Assembly: GCF_006345805.1 (NCBI RefSeq)
Contig: NC_043005.1
Location: 3,658,001 to 3,722,000 of the forward strand
DNA: 64,000 nt
Direction: 5' to 3'
Source of the DNA: Octopus sinensis
Lineage: Eukaryota
A program made the translations under genes and the position numbers. Below the pieces are notes generated by a model that was given only the letters and a program-made list of their open reading frames with translations, searched no databases and was not told where the DNA came from. How positions within the stretch are numbered: the stretch's first letter is position 1; every line of letters begins with the position of its first letter. Positions 1 through 12,136 of this stretch are shown in pieces.

Positions 1-96
1 CATATAAATCCATACATGTGTACATATGAATATCTGTGAATGAGTATGCATGTAAGTGTGTGTGTGTGTGTGTGTGTACACACATACACACATATA

Positions 97-260
97 TATT
101 TCTTTACTGCCCACAAGAGGCTAAACATAGAGGGGACAAACAAGGACAGACAAACGGATTAAGTTGATTACATCGACCCCAGTGCGAAACTGGTACTTTA
201 TTTATCGACCCCGAAAGGATGAAAGGCAAAGTCGACCTCGGCAGAATTTGAACTCAGAAC
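97..260 (-). mobile_element. tRNA-derived SINE family A, 5'-truncated
   Basis: Reverse complement of GTTCTGAGTTCAAATTC..GAGGTCGACTTTGCCTTTCATCCTTTCGGGGTCGAT...GTAAAGAAATA. Confidence 0.85.
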
Positions 261-374
261 ACATACACACTTATTCTCTGACTGATAAAGCCAAAATTAG
301 AATTATAACTTCCCAGCACCATGGCAGTACTGCAGCATGGGCTGAAGTACAGCGGTTTGAAATACTAACTGAAA

Positions 375-414
<40 letters not shown>

Positions 415-639
415 ACAGCAAAAAGAATTGCATTACCACCGAAAATAAATGAAACTAAATTCAAATAAACACACATTGTTTGTTTCCCATTCCCCCCCCA
501 CCACCACCACCACTCTATTTTCTCTTTAAAGAGAAAAGCTAATGCACCACCACCACCACCAGCCACCAGTTATTTATAGAAGACACTAGTTCTGGATGTA
601 TGTCAAAGTATTTGTCCTGCGTCTGTGTGTGCGTGTGTC

Positions 640-670
<31 letters not shown>

Positions 671-1658
671 CTCAGTCGAAGCCAGCCTGCCTCGTTAAAA
701 AGCAGACAAATATTATACAAGGGTGACAGCTAGGAAGAAGTGAAATAATCTATAGGCAACAGGCAACTTCATTTCTTTTTTTCTTATTTATTTTTTGCTC
801 ATACGTTTCCAGTATTTTTCTTTTTTTTTTTGAGACGGATTTCTGCAACATATACACAATGTGTAAAGTGTGACTCCGCCCTTATGCAAAACGGAATGAA
901 AAGAGAGAGAGAGAGAGAGAGAGTGAGAAGATAAAGAAAACACTCTCCCCTCAAAAAGGGAAATTGTAAAATACAAAACTATCCCATTGATTTAAGTTGC
1001 TTTGATAAATGCTTATGTTGGTACATGTACTTAATGCATGTAGCATGTACACACACACACGCATAAATAAATGGATAAAGGTCTTTCCAGAGTCGTATAG
1101 GCTCACAGGACCAGTTTCCCAGTTTACTTGGCACATGCTTTCCCCCCTGGATAGGACACCAGTCCATCACAGGGTTAACTCATTCTAACTAGCTAAGAGA
1201 ACAGGAGCAATGTGACCTGAAGTGTTTTGCTCAAGAATGCAACACGTCGCCCAGTCAAGGAATTGAAACCACAATCTTACGATCATGAGTCCAACACTCT
1301 TACCACAAAGCCATGCACCTCCACACACAACCAGCTTCTTTCAGAGTCTGTCCACAAATCCACCAATAAAGTTTTGGTCAACATGGGGTTAAAGTAGAAG
1401 ACACTCACCCGAGGTGCCATGCAGTGGAAGTGAACCTGACGCCACACAGTTGAGAAGCGTTTGAACCACACAGCCATGTCTACTTAGAAATATCAAAGCA
1501 CTTTCAGCACAAGAACAAAATGCCTAAGGCTGTTGTTGAGAAACAGTATCCCTCATCACAAGTACAAGTCTCTCACACACACCATCCATCTTTTATAACT
1601 TGCTTTATTCTAGTTAATGTTCCAGTGATAACAACTGGCTCCATCATCATCTTTTCTT

Positions 1659-1878
1659 ACTTCTTTATTGCCCACAAGAGGCTAAACATAGAGAGGACAA
1701 ACAAAGGGATTAAGTCGATTACATCAACCCCAGTGCGAAACTGGTACTTTATTTATCGACCCCGAAAAGATGAAAGGCTAAGTAGACCTCGACGGAATTT
1801 GAACTCAGAACGTAGCGGCAGACGAAATACCACTAAGAATTTCGCCCAGCGTGCTAACGATTCTGCCAGCTCACCACC
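1659..1878 (-). mobile_element. SINE family A, full length
   Basis: Head GGTGAGCTGGCAGAATCGTTAGCACG through to tail AAAGAA. Similar copies lie at 25161-25386, 61445-61650 and 63477-63690. Confidence 0.88.
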
Positions 1879-2928
1879 TTTTCTTATACAACTCGTCTTT
1901 TGTTATACAGAAGCTCATCAGAGTGTGGAGGTCAGTTGGATGTGTAACGTTAACTTGCATGGAAAAATGAAGAACACTTGAGAGAGAGGTGAAGCATTTT
2001 AAGTCTCAACCAATGTGTGTAAGGGGGGGGGGGAGACAGACAGAGAGAAAGTCTTGTAAATTGATGACACCTGTTTCGTAAAGAAGTACCATTTGTTACA
2101 TTCTGAGAAGAGGTTGTGTCACATTATCACCAACATTTTTATCTCTCTTTCCAGCTACTCCACCTACCATTATATAATGAGAGGTTAGTCTTCTATCTCT
2201 TCCGTAGCAAATCACTTGTACGTATCTCTCTATTACATTCTAGCATCTAAAATCTGACATAAAACCCTTTCTCCGTCTGCTACAATCCCACTCACTCGAG
2301 TGAGAGACTTTTTCTTTTTTTTGTTCTTTGTCTTGTGAGTTACCTGGCACTTCATTGGTGCTTGTGCCACACAAATATAAACCCAGTTCATTGTGTAAAG
2401 TGACATTGTGTAAAGGAAGCGCATCCAGCCATAGAGGCCATGCCAATGATGATGACACTGAACCTCCAGCATGAGAGATGGAGGTTAAATGATGATGATG
2501 ATGGCAAAGGAAGAACAAGGAAGACATTGAAGAGGTCGGATATCAGGAAGTTGACTTCAGACAAGATGACACAAGAGTCAAAGGTTGGCAAAATGCCATA
2601 CAGAAAATCTACCAAAGCCATTTTATCAAAGGAAAAACAAATCAGATGTTAAATCTGTGATTATGATGAACCTAATTACATATGCACACACTGTGTCTGT
2701 CATCATCATTTAACATCCACCTTCCATGCTGGCATGGGTGGGACAGTTTGGCAGGAGCCTGCACCAGGCTTCTGTGACTGTTTTGGTAGGATTTTTACAG
2801 CTGGACGCTGTAACGCCAGCCACTCAGCTTGTACAGTGAAAGACAAAAATGACAGCTAAGGAAGAAAGAAGTTTGTTGACCAAAAACACTCACTGTCTTC
2901 ATAACAGCTGAAACAGGAATTTAATCAT

Positions 2929-3262
2929 CATCATCATCGTTTAACGTCTGTTTTCCATGCTAGCATGGGTTGGATGGTTCGACTGGGGTCTGAGAAGCCA
3001 GAAGGCTGCACCAGGCACCAGTCTGATCTGGCAGTGTTTCTACAGCTGGATGCCCTTCCTAATGCCAACCACTCTGTGAATGTAGTGGGTGCTTTTTATG
3101 TGCCAGGCGAGGCTGACAATGGCCATGATTGGTTGGTGCTTTTTACGTGCCACTGGCACAGAGGCCAGTCGAGGCGGCGCTGGCAATGGCCACGTTCGGA
3201 TGGTGCTTTTTACGTGCCACTGGTATCACAAGTACAATTTCCATTGATTTTTGATCAATTTC
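2929..3262 (-). mobile_element. Family C copy
   Basis: (CAT)n-CGTTTAACGTCTGTTTTCCATGCTAGCATGGG...GGATGCCCTTCCTAATGCCAACCAC. Further copies lie at about 2700, 4623, 33385, 46670, 56377 and 57725. Confidence 0.8.
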
Positions 3263-3697
3263 AAATCAACAATTTTAAACTGATCAGACAAAAATCTTCT
3301 TTCATCCACACCAACTCATCTCACCTTAAAACAGATTCGTTTATGAAATAAAAATTTCAGAAATGATACTGGCAAAAAAATTTCCTTTAATTTTCGAAAA
3401 TTTAAAATTTGTTAAGCCCACAATTTAAAACCTTCTACAAATTTTAAACACTCACCATCAACATCATTTTTTTTTTTTGCTTGCATGGGTCAGGTGGAAC
3501 TTAGATGAAGAAGATTTTCTACATTTCCAAGCAAGGTAATATTTCCCCATGGCCAGACATGCCTTTCACAGCAGATTGGAAACAAACATCATTGCTTCTA
3601 TGATGATGATGCTCGTTTACAGCCATCATGAGGAGTTGAGGCAAAAGAAGACATACACACACGTATGTACAGAGGCATGCACACACACACATATATA

Positions 3698-4092
3698 TTT
3701 ACTCGTACTTGTTTCAGTCATTTGACTGCGGTCATGCTGGAGCACCGCCTTTAGTCGAACAAATCAACCCCAGGACTTATTCTTTGTTAGCCTAGTACTT
3801 ATTCTATTGGTCGCTAATGCTGAACCGCTAAGTTACGGGAACGTAAACACACCAGCATCATTTACCAAGCAATGTTGGGGGGCAGGGACAGACACACAAA
3901 CACACACACACACATATATACATATATACAACAGGCTTCTTTCCGTTTCCATCAACCAAATCCACTCAAAGGCTTTGGTCGGCCTGAGGCTATAGTAGAA
4001 GACACTTGCCCAAGGTGCCATGCAGTGGGACTGAACCCGGAACCATGTGTTGGTAAGCAAGCTACTTACCACACAGCCACTCCTGTGCCTAT
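3698..4092 (-). mobile_element. SINE family B (CORE-like domain), full length
   Basis: Reverse complement of GGAGTGGCTGTGTGGTAAG..GGTTCAGTCCCACTGC.TGGCACCTTGGGCAAGTGTCTTCTAC...(CA)n...GACTGAAACAAGTA. Confidence 0.85.
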
Positions 4093-5986
4093 ATACAAGT
4101 TCAAAATTTACAGAAAGCAAAAGACGAAGACAGGTGAGGGAACCACAAACAGGTGTATCAGTTTGGTGCATGAGAAGAGAGGGAAAGGTTTTTCTGTTTT
4201 GAGCTACACACTTTGACAGAAAAAAAAAATATGCCGGAATTAACAGTTCAACATGATTATACATATATACAATGGCCTATTCAGTTTGTGTTTGCCAAAT
4301 CCATTCACAGGGTTTGGTCTGCCTGGAGCTATCATAGAAGACACCTGCCCAAAACGCCATGCAGTGGGACTGAACCTGGGACAATACGATTGAGAAGCAA
4401 GGGTCTTAAACACACACCTACACCGGCCCTTATACAGCTACTCCTGTGCCGAGAATCCTTAACAAATTTTCTAAACTCACCATCATTTTGTGATCCCAAC
4501 ACTGTAGTCTCATCATCCATGTCTTTATCTCATTTTCCAGTTCCATCACAATTACTTAAACCTGCCTTTATATAATGTGAGGTAGCCATGGACCTCCTCT
4601 ACAGCAATAGAGCTATTCTAGTCTCATCATCATCGTTTAACATCTGCTTTCCATGCTAGCATGGGTTGGACGATTTGACTGAGGACTGGCGAACCAGATG
4701 GCTGCACCAGGCTCCAATCTGATCTGGCAGAGTTCCTAACACCAACCATTCTGAGAGTGTAGTGCCACTGGTACGAGGGCCAGTCAGGCAGCACTGGCAA
4801 CGGCCACGCTCAAATGGTGCTTTTTATGTGCCACCTGCACAGGATCCAGTCCAATCTTCATAATTTACTTCTTTAGCAACCAAATTATTCTGTCAAATGT
4901 AATGCTTATTTATTCACATTGATTGGAATTAATCATGTATTATCTCCTAGCTTCAACATTTCAATGATGTGATTGCATATTTCTAGAATGACTTTGTTGG
5001 GTAGGTGTGAGAGGCTGGATCTGGTCATTTTGAACCTAAAACTTGTAGAATATTAGGGCCTGAAATGGACAGCTTAGGTGCTAAAGGATTATTCTCTCAA
5101 CAGTTAGTATAAAGTCAAGGGTATTCTTTAGTCTTAGGAGTATAGCAACCTCGCTAATGCTAGCGCCATGGATAAAGCACCAAGTACACTCTGGAAAATG
5201 ACTGGCATTATATGTTTGCTAACCCTGTATCTCCTCTATATTAAGAAACCTCTTCATCTTATGCTCTCTAAACTCTGTCAATTTGTTGTCTATGGCAGTA
5301 GTGATGATTCTTCTATTCACCAAATGATATCAGATCAAAATTCACCAAATATGTACAAAAGAACAGAGTTTAAAGTAGACATAATTAAGCTCAGCAGTTT
5401 TCTGATAATTCCTTTTAAGATGTGTACAGTTAATGTTTGCAGCGCTAATAGTTACTAAATTGGTTCTTTACATTGAAGAATCAAAAATTTCAGTACTAAA
5501 TTGCAGAGGATTAAATGACGGACTAAATTCATAACCTAGCTCCGTTTCCTGGTAGGAACCGACTCCCTCCTAATTACACGACTACTGCTCTTGAGAACAA
5601 CATGAACATCACATAATCTCAGTCTCTTCTCCAATAAATTTGCTGTTTTCTACCAAATTATAAGAAATCAATAACAAATTTTTGTTTCTGTTTATATTTT
5701 TACTTGTTTATAACTTTTTTTTGTTTTTTAGATTTTTTATTTCTGTCTTTTTTTAACCCATTTCATTTATATATATTTTATTTATTCTATTTATTTGATG
5801 GAGGTAGTGAGGGAAACAACACCATTATCTGAAAATAGCATTTTGGATAGAAAAAAGTCTTTTAAAAGATTCAAACACTCTGAAAGAATCTCAACAAGGA
5901 AAAAAAAAAAGAAGAAAGAAAGAAAGAAGCCTAACATAGAACAACCTATATAGAAAGAAAAGAGGAAATTCTGGTCGGGGGGGGGA

Positions 5987-5988
<2 letters not shown>

Positions 5989-6028
<40 letters not shown>

Positions 6029-6665
6029 TTGAAGTGAAGGTCAGAATTAAGACTGACGGACTGACAGATTGACAGAATGGATTGTTAGAAGTGTTTGGGG
6101 GAGAGGAGGAGAGAAGGGGAGAGGAAAAAGAGAAGGAAGAGAGAAGGGGAGAGGAGGAGAAATAGAAAGAAGAGAGAAGGGGAGAAGGAAGAGAGAAGGG
6201 GGAGAGGAAAAAGAGAAGGAAGAGAGAAGGGGAGAGGGGATTTAAAACTTTGTGTAATGTGTCGGTGGAGGAGAGAGAGAGAGAGAGAGAGAGAAGGAAT
6301 GAAAGGAAAGGGAGCAGAAATAGGAGAGAAAGTGAAAGAGAAAGAAATAGAGAGAAACAGAAAGAAGGGGAAAGATATAGAGAGGAGAAAGACAAAGAGG
6401 GAGGGGTGAGTGAGGGAGGGAAAGGGGGAAAGAGAGAAAGGTAGAAAAAGAGAGAAGAAGTGGGGGGAGAAAGAGACATGAAAATGCATGGACCGGAGCA
6501 TAGAAAGAGGAAAATTGTGTGAGAGAGAGAGAGAAAGAAAGGACAGCGATAGACAAACAGACAGAAAAAAAGTGAGACTAAGACGAGACATGGAGAAAGA
6601 GAACCAATGTGTATAGGAGGAGGATGGAGGTGATGGTGGGAGAGAAAGGAGATGAAAGGAAGGCA
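5989..6665. repeat. GA-rich low-complexity region with (GA)n and imperfect ~30-bp repeats
   Basis: Recurrent GAGAGAAGGGGAGAGG units. Confidence 0.85.
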
Positions 6666-6892
6666 CCGACATGAAGAGCATTTGAAGTGTGGATGCAAGT
6701 TTGTTTCAAACATTTCTATTCAGTAACAGTCGTTCCCCCGGATCGATCTCGAGTCGTGAATATAGGATTACGAGGGAAACATACTCGGCAGATGAACTTC
6801 CGGCATCTATTAAATGAGAGGAGATTAGGAAAGGGAAAAGAAAAAACAACAGACAGACACACCACACAACACTAGATCACACGTGTGAGCAT

Positions 6893-6992
6893 NNNNNNNN
6901 NNNNNNNNNNNNNNNNNNNNNNNNNNNNNNNNNNNNNNNNNNNNNNNNNNNNNNNNNNNNNNNNNNNNNNNNNNNNNNNNNNNNNNNNNNNN
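6893..6992. other. Assembly gap (100 N)
   Basis: Run of exactly 100 N, probably a placeholder of unknown true size. Confidence 1.
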
Positions 6993-8212
6993 TGTGTGCA
7001 CAGACAACCTCTATGTATATATAACGCGAAACAACAGAATTTTACATCCGCTTTTCCATGCCTATGTGGAATGGGCAGGACATTATGGTTCGATTCACTG
7101 TCCTTGCAGACAGGTCAAGCATGGCTTTTATAACTGAATATCTATTCTACCGTCAACCATTTTACAGAGAGCATGAGGTGCACCGTTTTATATAATAGTA
7201 CAAAATATGGATTCTGAGAATCGTTCGGCCGTCACAGTAAACTCGTGCAATGGATTTGGCTAGCAGTCCAAATAATGATCACAAAGTAGTGTAAAAGTAC
7301 AGAACAGAAACTCCAAACGATCCGAGCGATAAATTATTCTGGGAGTATATAAAGCATGAAATCAGGAGATTCAGTAAACGTTATTGATGCCTACATTGCG
7401 AAATGGCAATAATCCCTTGTAGTCACATGGTCAAAGAAATCTATATTCACCTCTCATATTTCATGACTCTATACAGTTTATAAACACATTGGTATCATTA
7501 ACGTCTGTCTTCTATGCTGCCATGAGTTAGATGCTTTGACAGGAGCTGGTAAGCCTAGAAACTACGCAAAGCACCACTCTCTACTCTGGTATGTTTTTTT
7601 TATAGCTGGATGCCCTTCCTAATGCCAACCACTTTACAAAGTGGACTGGGTGATTTTATGTGACCCCAGTAAGGTCACCATATATTTTACAAGACAAAAA
7701 ATTCCTCAACTGAGAGAGGGAGTAGTGTTGAAGGAGGTGGCCTTGTGTCAGATGATGAGAGGTTAACTATAACAGAGAGACAGAAACAATTGTCTTGTTA
7801 TGGAGAAGACACTTGGTTATCCGCATCGGAGAGAGAAAATGAAAGTAGCAGAGAGCGAGAATAAGAGACAGCAAGAGAGATGGCAGCAATGTACTAGGAC
7901 ATATACGTATATGTATATGTACACATATATGTATATATACGTACACATATATGTAATCTTGCCTAATATATTCATAATCAAAATGACCCTCTTTGATACA
8001 AAAGGAAACAACACACAATGCTGTTTAAGAAATAACAATTTAGAAATTTCAAGAGATGTGAAATAATTTGTTTTTAACAGCGGAACGTCAAGTAGATAAA
8101 GCTATCTCCTTGTAAATATTGTGTAAATATTGGGCTCAAAAATCCTTAGAATTGAAAAAGTCAAAGGCTGTCTCATGGACAGCCTTTGACTTTTTCACCT
8201 ATTCTTTACATA

Positions 8213-8392
8213 TGGTGAGCTGGTAGAATTGTTAGCCTGCTGGACGAAATGGTTAGCAACATTTCCTCTGGATTTACATTCCGAGTGACTTATCCTTTCA
8301 GGGTTGATAAAGTACCAGTTGAGCACTGGGGTCAATCAACTAGCCCCTTCCTCCCAAATTTCAAGCCTTCTGCTTATTGTAGAAAGGATTAT
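8213..8392 (+). mobile_element. SINE family A (alternative tail), older copy
   Basis: GGTGAGCTGGTAGAATTGTTAGCC head and AAGTACCAGTTGAGCACTGGGGTC body. Confidence 0.75.
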
Positions 8393-8478
8393 CTATAGAT
8401 TTCTCTACTTCAAGTTCCACTGTTAAATGCAAATTAATCAACATAAAATATTAAACAATGTATATATATATATATATA

Positions 8479-8685
8479 TATTTCTTTACTACCCACAAGG
8501 GGCTAAACACAGAGGACAGACAAACAAGGACAGACAAAGAGATTAAGTTGATTACATCGACTCCAGTGCGTAACTGGTACTTAATTTATTGACCTCGGCG
8601 GAATTTAAACTCGGAATGTAGGGACAGATGAAATACGGCTACACGTTTCACCCAGCGTGCTAACGTTTCTGCCAGCTCGCCACCT
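8479..8685 (-). mobile_element. SINE family A in (TA)n
   Basis: Full head-to-tail match, with TA microsatellite on both sides. Confidence 0.88.
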
Positions 8686-8710
8686 TTATATATATATATA
8701 TATATATATA

Positions 8711-9948
8711 TTGGGTCATCCCATAAACGTGGTTTTTTCAATTGCATGAACTAAAAGTCGGAGGACGGGATAAACTACCTGCATCAACTTGCTATAAAAG
8801 CAGGTAGTAATTTTACCTCGTACTTATTCTTAGTGCAAGTTTTGAAGAGTGCAGTTCAATTTTAACAGTTATTTTTCAAAGCTATAATGGAAGGGACAAA
8901 GGGGCATATTTGGTATATTTTGTTTTATTAGTTCAATAAAAGCAACAACGCTATGAAAAGTGCGAGGAATATTAATTCAGTATATGGGGATCGGACAATA
9001 AGCGTAAGCCAGTGTCAACGGTAGTTCCAGAAATTCCGAGCTGGAAACTTCAGCCTAGAAGACAAGCCTCATCCTGGAAGATCTGTAGAGCTCAATGAGG
9101 ACGTCTTGCAAAACCCTGGCGGAACAAAACCCCATCGTAGCTGTTGAGGAACTAGCAGAGAAGCTTAGATTTGGTCATTCAACCATTCATCAATGCATGC
9201 TATCGGAAAAGTCAGCAAATTGGGTCAATGGGTTCCTCACAAACTTTCCGTGTCTAATTGCACACTGTCACTTCTCACGAATGAACTTTTTATGGACCCG
9301 AATAGTGACAAGAAATGGGTTCTCTATAAAAATGTCAAGTGCCAAATGCAGTGGGTAGGGAAAGGAGAAACACCAGCACCCTAGGTTAAAGGTCTTCACC
9401 TATGTATGGTGTTGTTATCTGTTTTGTGGGATATGAAAGGTTTAGTCCACTTTGAACTTTTAAACCCAAACCAAACGATAACAAAGGAGATCTACTGTGA
9501 GCAGCTTCATCAGCTTGAGTTCAGTGCTAGAAGAAAAACGACCATCTTTGCTTTCAAGATGAAAGGTGTTCTTCCATCAGGATAATGCTCAGCCATATAC
9601 AGTGAGGATGACATTCCAAAGGCTGGAGCAGTCTGAATGGGAAACCATGCCCACCCACCATATTCACCAGATGCTGCTGCATCTGACTATCATTTATTCC
9701 CCAGTCTTCAAAATCAATTGGACGGAAAAAACATGAATTCTGTAGATGAGGTCAGAACAGTACTGGAGGAGTATTTTTGTCACCGACAAGTGAATTTTGG
9801 AAGAGGGGGCCTGGCAAGTCTACCAGATAGATGGAAAAGCATTGTAGAAAATGAAAGAGAGCATATTTTAGATTAAAAAAGAACTTTATCTTAATTTTGA
9901 AAAATAAAAGAAGTATAAAAAAGCTGTATTATTCATGGGAGGATCCAA
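8711..9948 (+). mobile_element. Near full-length mariner (DD34D) DNA transposon, decayed
   Basis: Imperfect TIRs TTGGGTCATCCCATAAA / rc TTGGATCCTCCCATGAA, with TA on the left flank. Length is about 1.24 kb and it contains transposase remnants. Confidence 0.9.
8887..9876 (+). pseudogene. Mariner transposase pseudogene
   Basis: ATG at 8887 and TAA at 9874-9876. Motifs WVPHKL, HQDNAQP and HPPYSPDAAASDYHLF are present, with multiple stops and frameshifts. Confidence 0.9.
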
Positions 9949-10699
9949 TGCACACACATACATGCACACATACATGTTCATCATTGCTACTTTATACTCT
10001 CACATGAAATGATATATCTTAAAATTGTCTCAGTTCAATCTGTAACAAGATATATCAAGGGCTAAGGCCTTCCGGAACTGAATTTACAGCACGTAACATG
10101 ATAAATAACAACAATAACCGTCTGTAATTACACATTTAACCTGAAAGCTAATGGATACTGTCTGTGCTTGTTTAACATCTGAATATCAATTTACTAAATC
10201 CCAATATTAAACTAACATTTTTTTAATAATAAATTTTAGATCCATTACTTTTAATAAATCAACATCATCATTTAACATGTCTAGTTGACTCTTTCATGCT
10301 GGCACGGGTCAGACAATTCAACAGGATCTGACAAGCTGGAGGCCAGTTGAGCTTCAATGTATTTGGCATGATTTTAAGAGCTGGATGCCCTTCTAAATGC
10401 CAACCATTTTGCAGAATGTATTGAGAACATTTGTTCATAGCACTGGCACTAGTGAGGGACACTACATAACCTACAAAACAAGACACCCTGATTGAGGCAG
10501 AGAGGTATCGAGCAAGGTGCCTTTATGCCACGTGTTGACAGGCATAGGTGTCTTTCTTTAGAGGAGATTACATGGCCACCCGAGGTGGATAAAGAGAAAA
10601 GAGATGGTGGTGATGAGGTGCCAGGATGTATCTTTAAGGTTCAAGGAAAAAGTGGAATATAAGAGATAATATGTGTATGCATGTTTATATATATATATA

Positions 10700-11168
10700 T
10701 ATGTGACACTTGTGAAGACCTGTTGAGGCAAGTGAAAATCAAAACAAATCAAAATAGATGAACATCAATGGAATTTGTATCTTTGTGGTACCAGTGCCGG
10801 TGGCACACAAGAAAACCATCCGAACGTGGCCGTAGCCAGTACTGCATTGACTGGCCTCCGTGCTGTGGGCACGTAACAAACACCATCCGATCGTGGCCGT
10901 TCGCCAGCCTCATCTGGCACCTGTGTCGGTGGCACATAAAAACACCATCCGAGCGTGGCCGTCTGCCAGCCTCGTCTGGCACCTGTGTCGGTGGCACATA
11001 AAATCACCCACTACACTCTCGGAGTGGTTGGCGTTAGGAAGGGCATCCAGCTGTAGAAACACTGCCAGATCTGACTGGCCTGGTGCAGCCTTCGGGCTCC
11101 CCAGACACCAGTTGAACCGTCCAACCCATGCTAGCATGGAAAGCGGACGTAAATGATGATGATGATAT
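10700..11168 (+). mobile_element. Family C (RTE-type 3' UTR) copy
   Basis: Same tail and internal tandem units as 11170-12120, with a (GAT)n end. Confidence 0.85.
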
Positions 11169-11169
11169 T

Positions 11170-12120
11170 ATATATGATGCGATGGATGTGTAATGTCAGT
11201 GTGCATACTCGACAGAGTGTAAGTACCTTCAGAAAAATGTTGGACCTAAGAAGCATCAGATGTGGTGTGCAATAGAGACGACTGCACTGGTATGGTCATG
11301 TGGCGAAAATGGATGAGGATAGCTGTGTGAAAAAGTGCCACACCCTAGTGGTTGAGGGAACCTGTGGAAGAGGTAGACCCAGGAAGACCTGGGATGTAGT
11401 AGTGAAGCATGACCTTTGAACTTTAGGCCTCACCAAGGAAATGTCTAGTGACCGAGACTTTTGGAAATATGCTGTGCTTGGGGCGTAACCAGCCCACTTA
11501 AGTGTACCTTTTCCTTCTTTGGACACTAAACTCTACTTGCGAAGACCTGTTGAGGCAAGTGAAATCCTAATTCAAATCAAAATCGAAATCGATGACTGGC
11601 ATCCGTGCTAGTGGGGTGCAAAGAGTAGCATACGAGTATGATCGCTGACAGAGCGGCTAACCGGCTTCTGTGCCAGTGGCACATAAAAGGCACCATTCGA
11701 TTGTGATCGTTACCAGTGTCGCCTTACTGGCACTTGAGCCCCATGCTAGTAGGGTGCCAAGAGCACCATCCAAAGATGATCATTGCCAGAGTGGCTAACT
11801 GGCTTCCATGCCGGTGGCATGTAAAAGGCACCATTCAAGCGTGATTGTTACCAGCATCGCCTTACTGGCACCTGTACCAGTGGCATGTGTAAAAAGATTC
11901 AAGCGAGGTCGTTGCCAGTACTGCCTGACTGGCCCCCGTGCCGGTGGCACGTAAAAAGCACCAACTACACTCTCAGAGTGGTTGGCATTAGGAAGGGCAT
12001 CCAGCTGTAGAAACTCTGCCAGATCAAGATTGAAGCCTGGTGAAGCCATCTGGTTCGCCAGCCCTCAGTCATTCGTCCAACCCATGCTAGCATGGAAAGC
12101 GGACGTTAAACGATGATGAT
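11170..12120 (+). mobile_element. RTE LINE 3' end: ORF2 tail + long 3' UTR (repeat family C) ending in (GAT)n
   Basis: Reads RLHWYGHVAKMDEDSCVKKCHTLVVEGTCGRGRPRKTW. This is followed by tandem ~60-bp units and the tail GGTTGGCATTAGGAAGGGCATCCAGCTGTAGAAAC...CCCATGCTAGCATGGAAAGCGGACGTTAAACGATGATGAT. Confidence 0.85.
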
Positions 12121-12136
12121 ATATATATATATATAT

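Noticed and set aside
5946-6713. 255-aa and 198-aa minus-strand ORFs
   Set aside because: They are an artefact of GA-rich low complexity, which lacks stop codons on the CT strand.
10790-11000. CRISPR-like array of regularly spaced palindromic repeats
   Set aside because: The inter-repeat segments are homologous to each other rather than unique spacers, there are no cas genes, and the context is a eukaryotic retroelement UTR.
11536-11570. ACTTGC-GAAGAC-CTGTTGAG-GCAAGT, hammerhead-like core in family C
   Set aside because: It has CTGTTGA and GAAG instead of CTGANGA and GAAA, and no room for stems I and III. It is treated as a simple stem-loop.
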